Below, in pieces: positions 63,537-64,000 of a stretch of 64,000 nt of DNA. The position numbers were made by a program, and so were the translations under genes. Origin of the DNA: a bacterium (GTDB lineage: Bacteria > Elusimicrobiota > Elusimicrobia > UBA1565 > UBA9628); the NCBI GenBank assembly GCA_021782205.1, contig JAJXVH010000010.1, forward strand, positions 75 through 64,074, given 5' to 3'. The notes under the pieces are model-generated. The model saw nothing but the letters and a program-made list of their open reading frames with translations, ran no database searches and was not told where the DNA came from. Numbering within the stretch: the stretch's first letter is position 1; the number at the start of each line of letters is the position of its first letter.

Positions 63537-64000
63537 AACATGTTGTCGGGATTGCGCATGGTCTGCGCGCGCCCTTCCCAGGCCTTGAGCTCCTGGGGGC
63601 TGAGGAACTTCTTGTGGACGATGACCTCGAAGACGCGGTCGCGGAACCACTCCAGATACATGTGGAAGAAGCCGCTGCTGCCCACCTGCGGGCCCCAGGA
63701 GTTCTTGACCTTCATCTTGACGATGGGTCCGTTCGGCGCGGGCTGGTCGTAGCCCGTGATGGCCATGGCGTGGTCGGGCTGGTTGAGCTGGAAGTAGACC
63801 GACGCCTTGCGCGACAACTTCTCCTTCCTCTCGGCCCGCGTAAAGCCGTAGATCGGGTCGCGCCGGAAGATGTCCGGGTGCATGATCCCGCTCTTGACGT
63901 CCACGTCGTCGACCACGTCGGAGGCGAACCACGCGGCGTGCCCGCCGCGGATGGACGCGGCCACCAGCTCGGCCAGGCGCTTGGCGCCCACGTCCATGAA
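63533..64000 (-). CDS. pepC: aminopeptidase C / bleomycin hydrolase-like C1 peptidase, partial (N-terminus beyond the right edge)
   Basis: C-terminal 155 aa: PDHAMAITGYD (catalytic His), KVKNSWG (Asn-Ser-Trp) and FFHMYLEWFRDRVFEVIVHKKFL. Confidence 0.8.
   Translation of the reverse strand, partial: FMDVGAKRLAELVAASIRGGHAAWFASDVVDDVDVKSGIMHPDIFRRDPIYGFTRAERKEKLSRKASVYFQLNQPDHAMAITGYDQPAPNGPIVKMKVKNSWGPQVGSSGFFHMYLEWFRDRVFEVIVHKKFLSPQELKAWEGRAQTMRNPDNMF

Overview
High-GC bacterial chromosome segment with about 65 genes and almost no non-coding space. The organism is diderm by gene content (secretin, OmpA-like and LpoB-like lipoproteins). I cannot assign a lineage from this sequence alone. Blocks, left to right: (1) a three-lipoprotein operon at 1-1.9 kb. 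(2) orn. (3) A minus-strand hopanoid plus MEP/isoprenoid supercluster at 2.6-12.7 kb (shc-hpnH-hpnA, hicAB, hpnG-ispA-dxs-ispH and a small Zn-ribbon gene). (4) Orphan secreted proteins and a secreted Cys-phosphatase. (5) A TauE/APC permease pair. (6) At 17.3-19.8 kb, a structured leader with an intrinsic terminator, followed by a more A/T-rich two-gene module: a lipoprotein and a secreted HExxH protein with a proline-rich tail. (7) The livJHMGF ABC transporter. (8) A four-gene translationally coupled light/UV operon: a MerR/B12-binding CarH/LitR-like regulator, photolyase, UvsE and an SRPBCC protein. It has a clear promoter and palindrome. (9) tRNA-Thr(CGU) and a transposase remnant. (10) A Wzy_C/O-antigen-ligase-TPR fusion followed by a 12-kb all-in-one type IV pilus / T2SS-like cluster: OmpA-like protein, PilM-PilN fusion, PilO, PilP, secretin, one ATPase, platform protein and four Cys-rich (pseudo)pilins. 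No PilD or PilT lies in the window. (11) A second hopanoid module, hpnK and hpnL-I-J. (12) Housekeeping and other genes: peptidase MA, uvrA, an HNH protein, nadB, gamma-CA plus a degenerate histidine kinase, a neutral-ceramidase homolog coupled to serC, feoAB, TPR, GNAT and a pepC fragment. The main cross-cutting signal is a (TGn)TAnnnT -10 element sitting 5-8 nt upstream of the start codon at about 13 transcription-unit heads. This implies widespread leaderless mRNAs and it revises several start codons. I saw no CRISPR array, rRNA or intact mobile element. Many long ORFs in the supplied track are antisense or out-of-frame shadows typical of high-GC DNA. All homology calls rest on motif recognition by eye; no database search was run.
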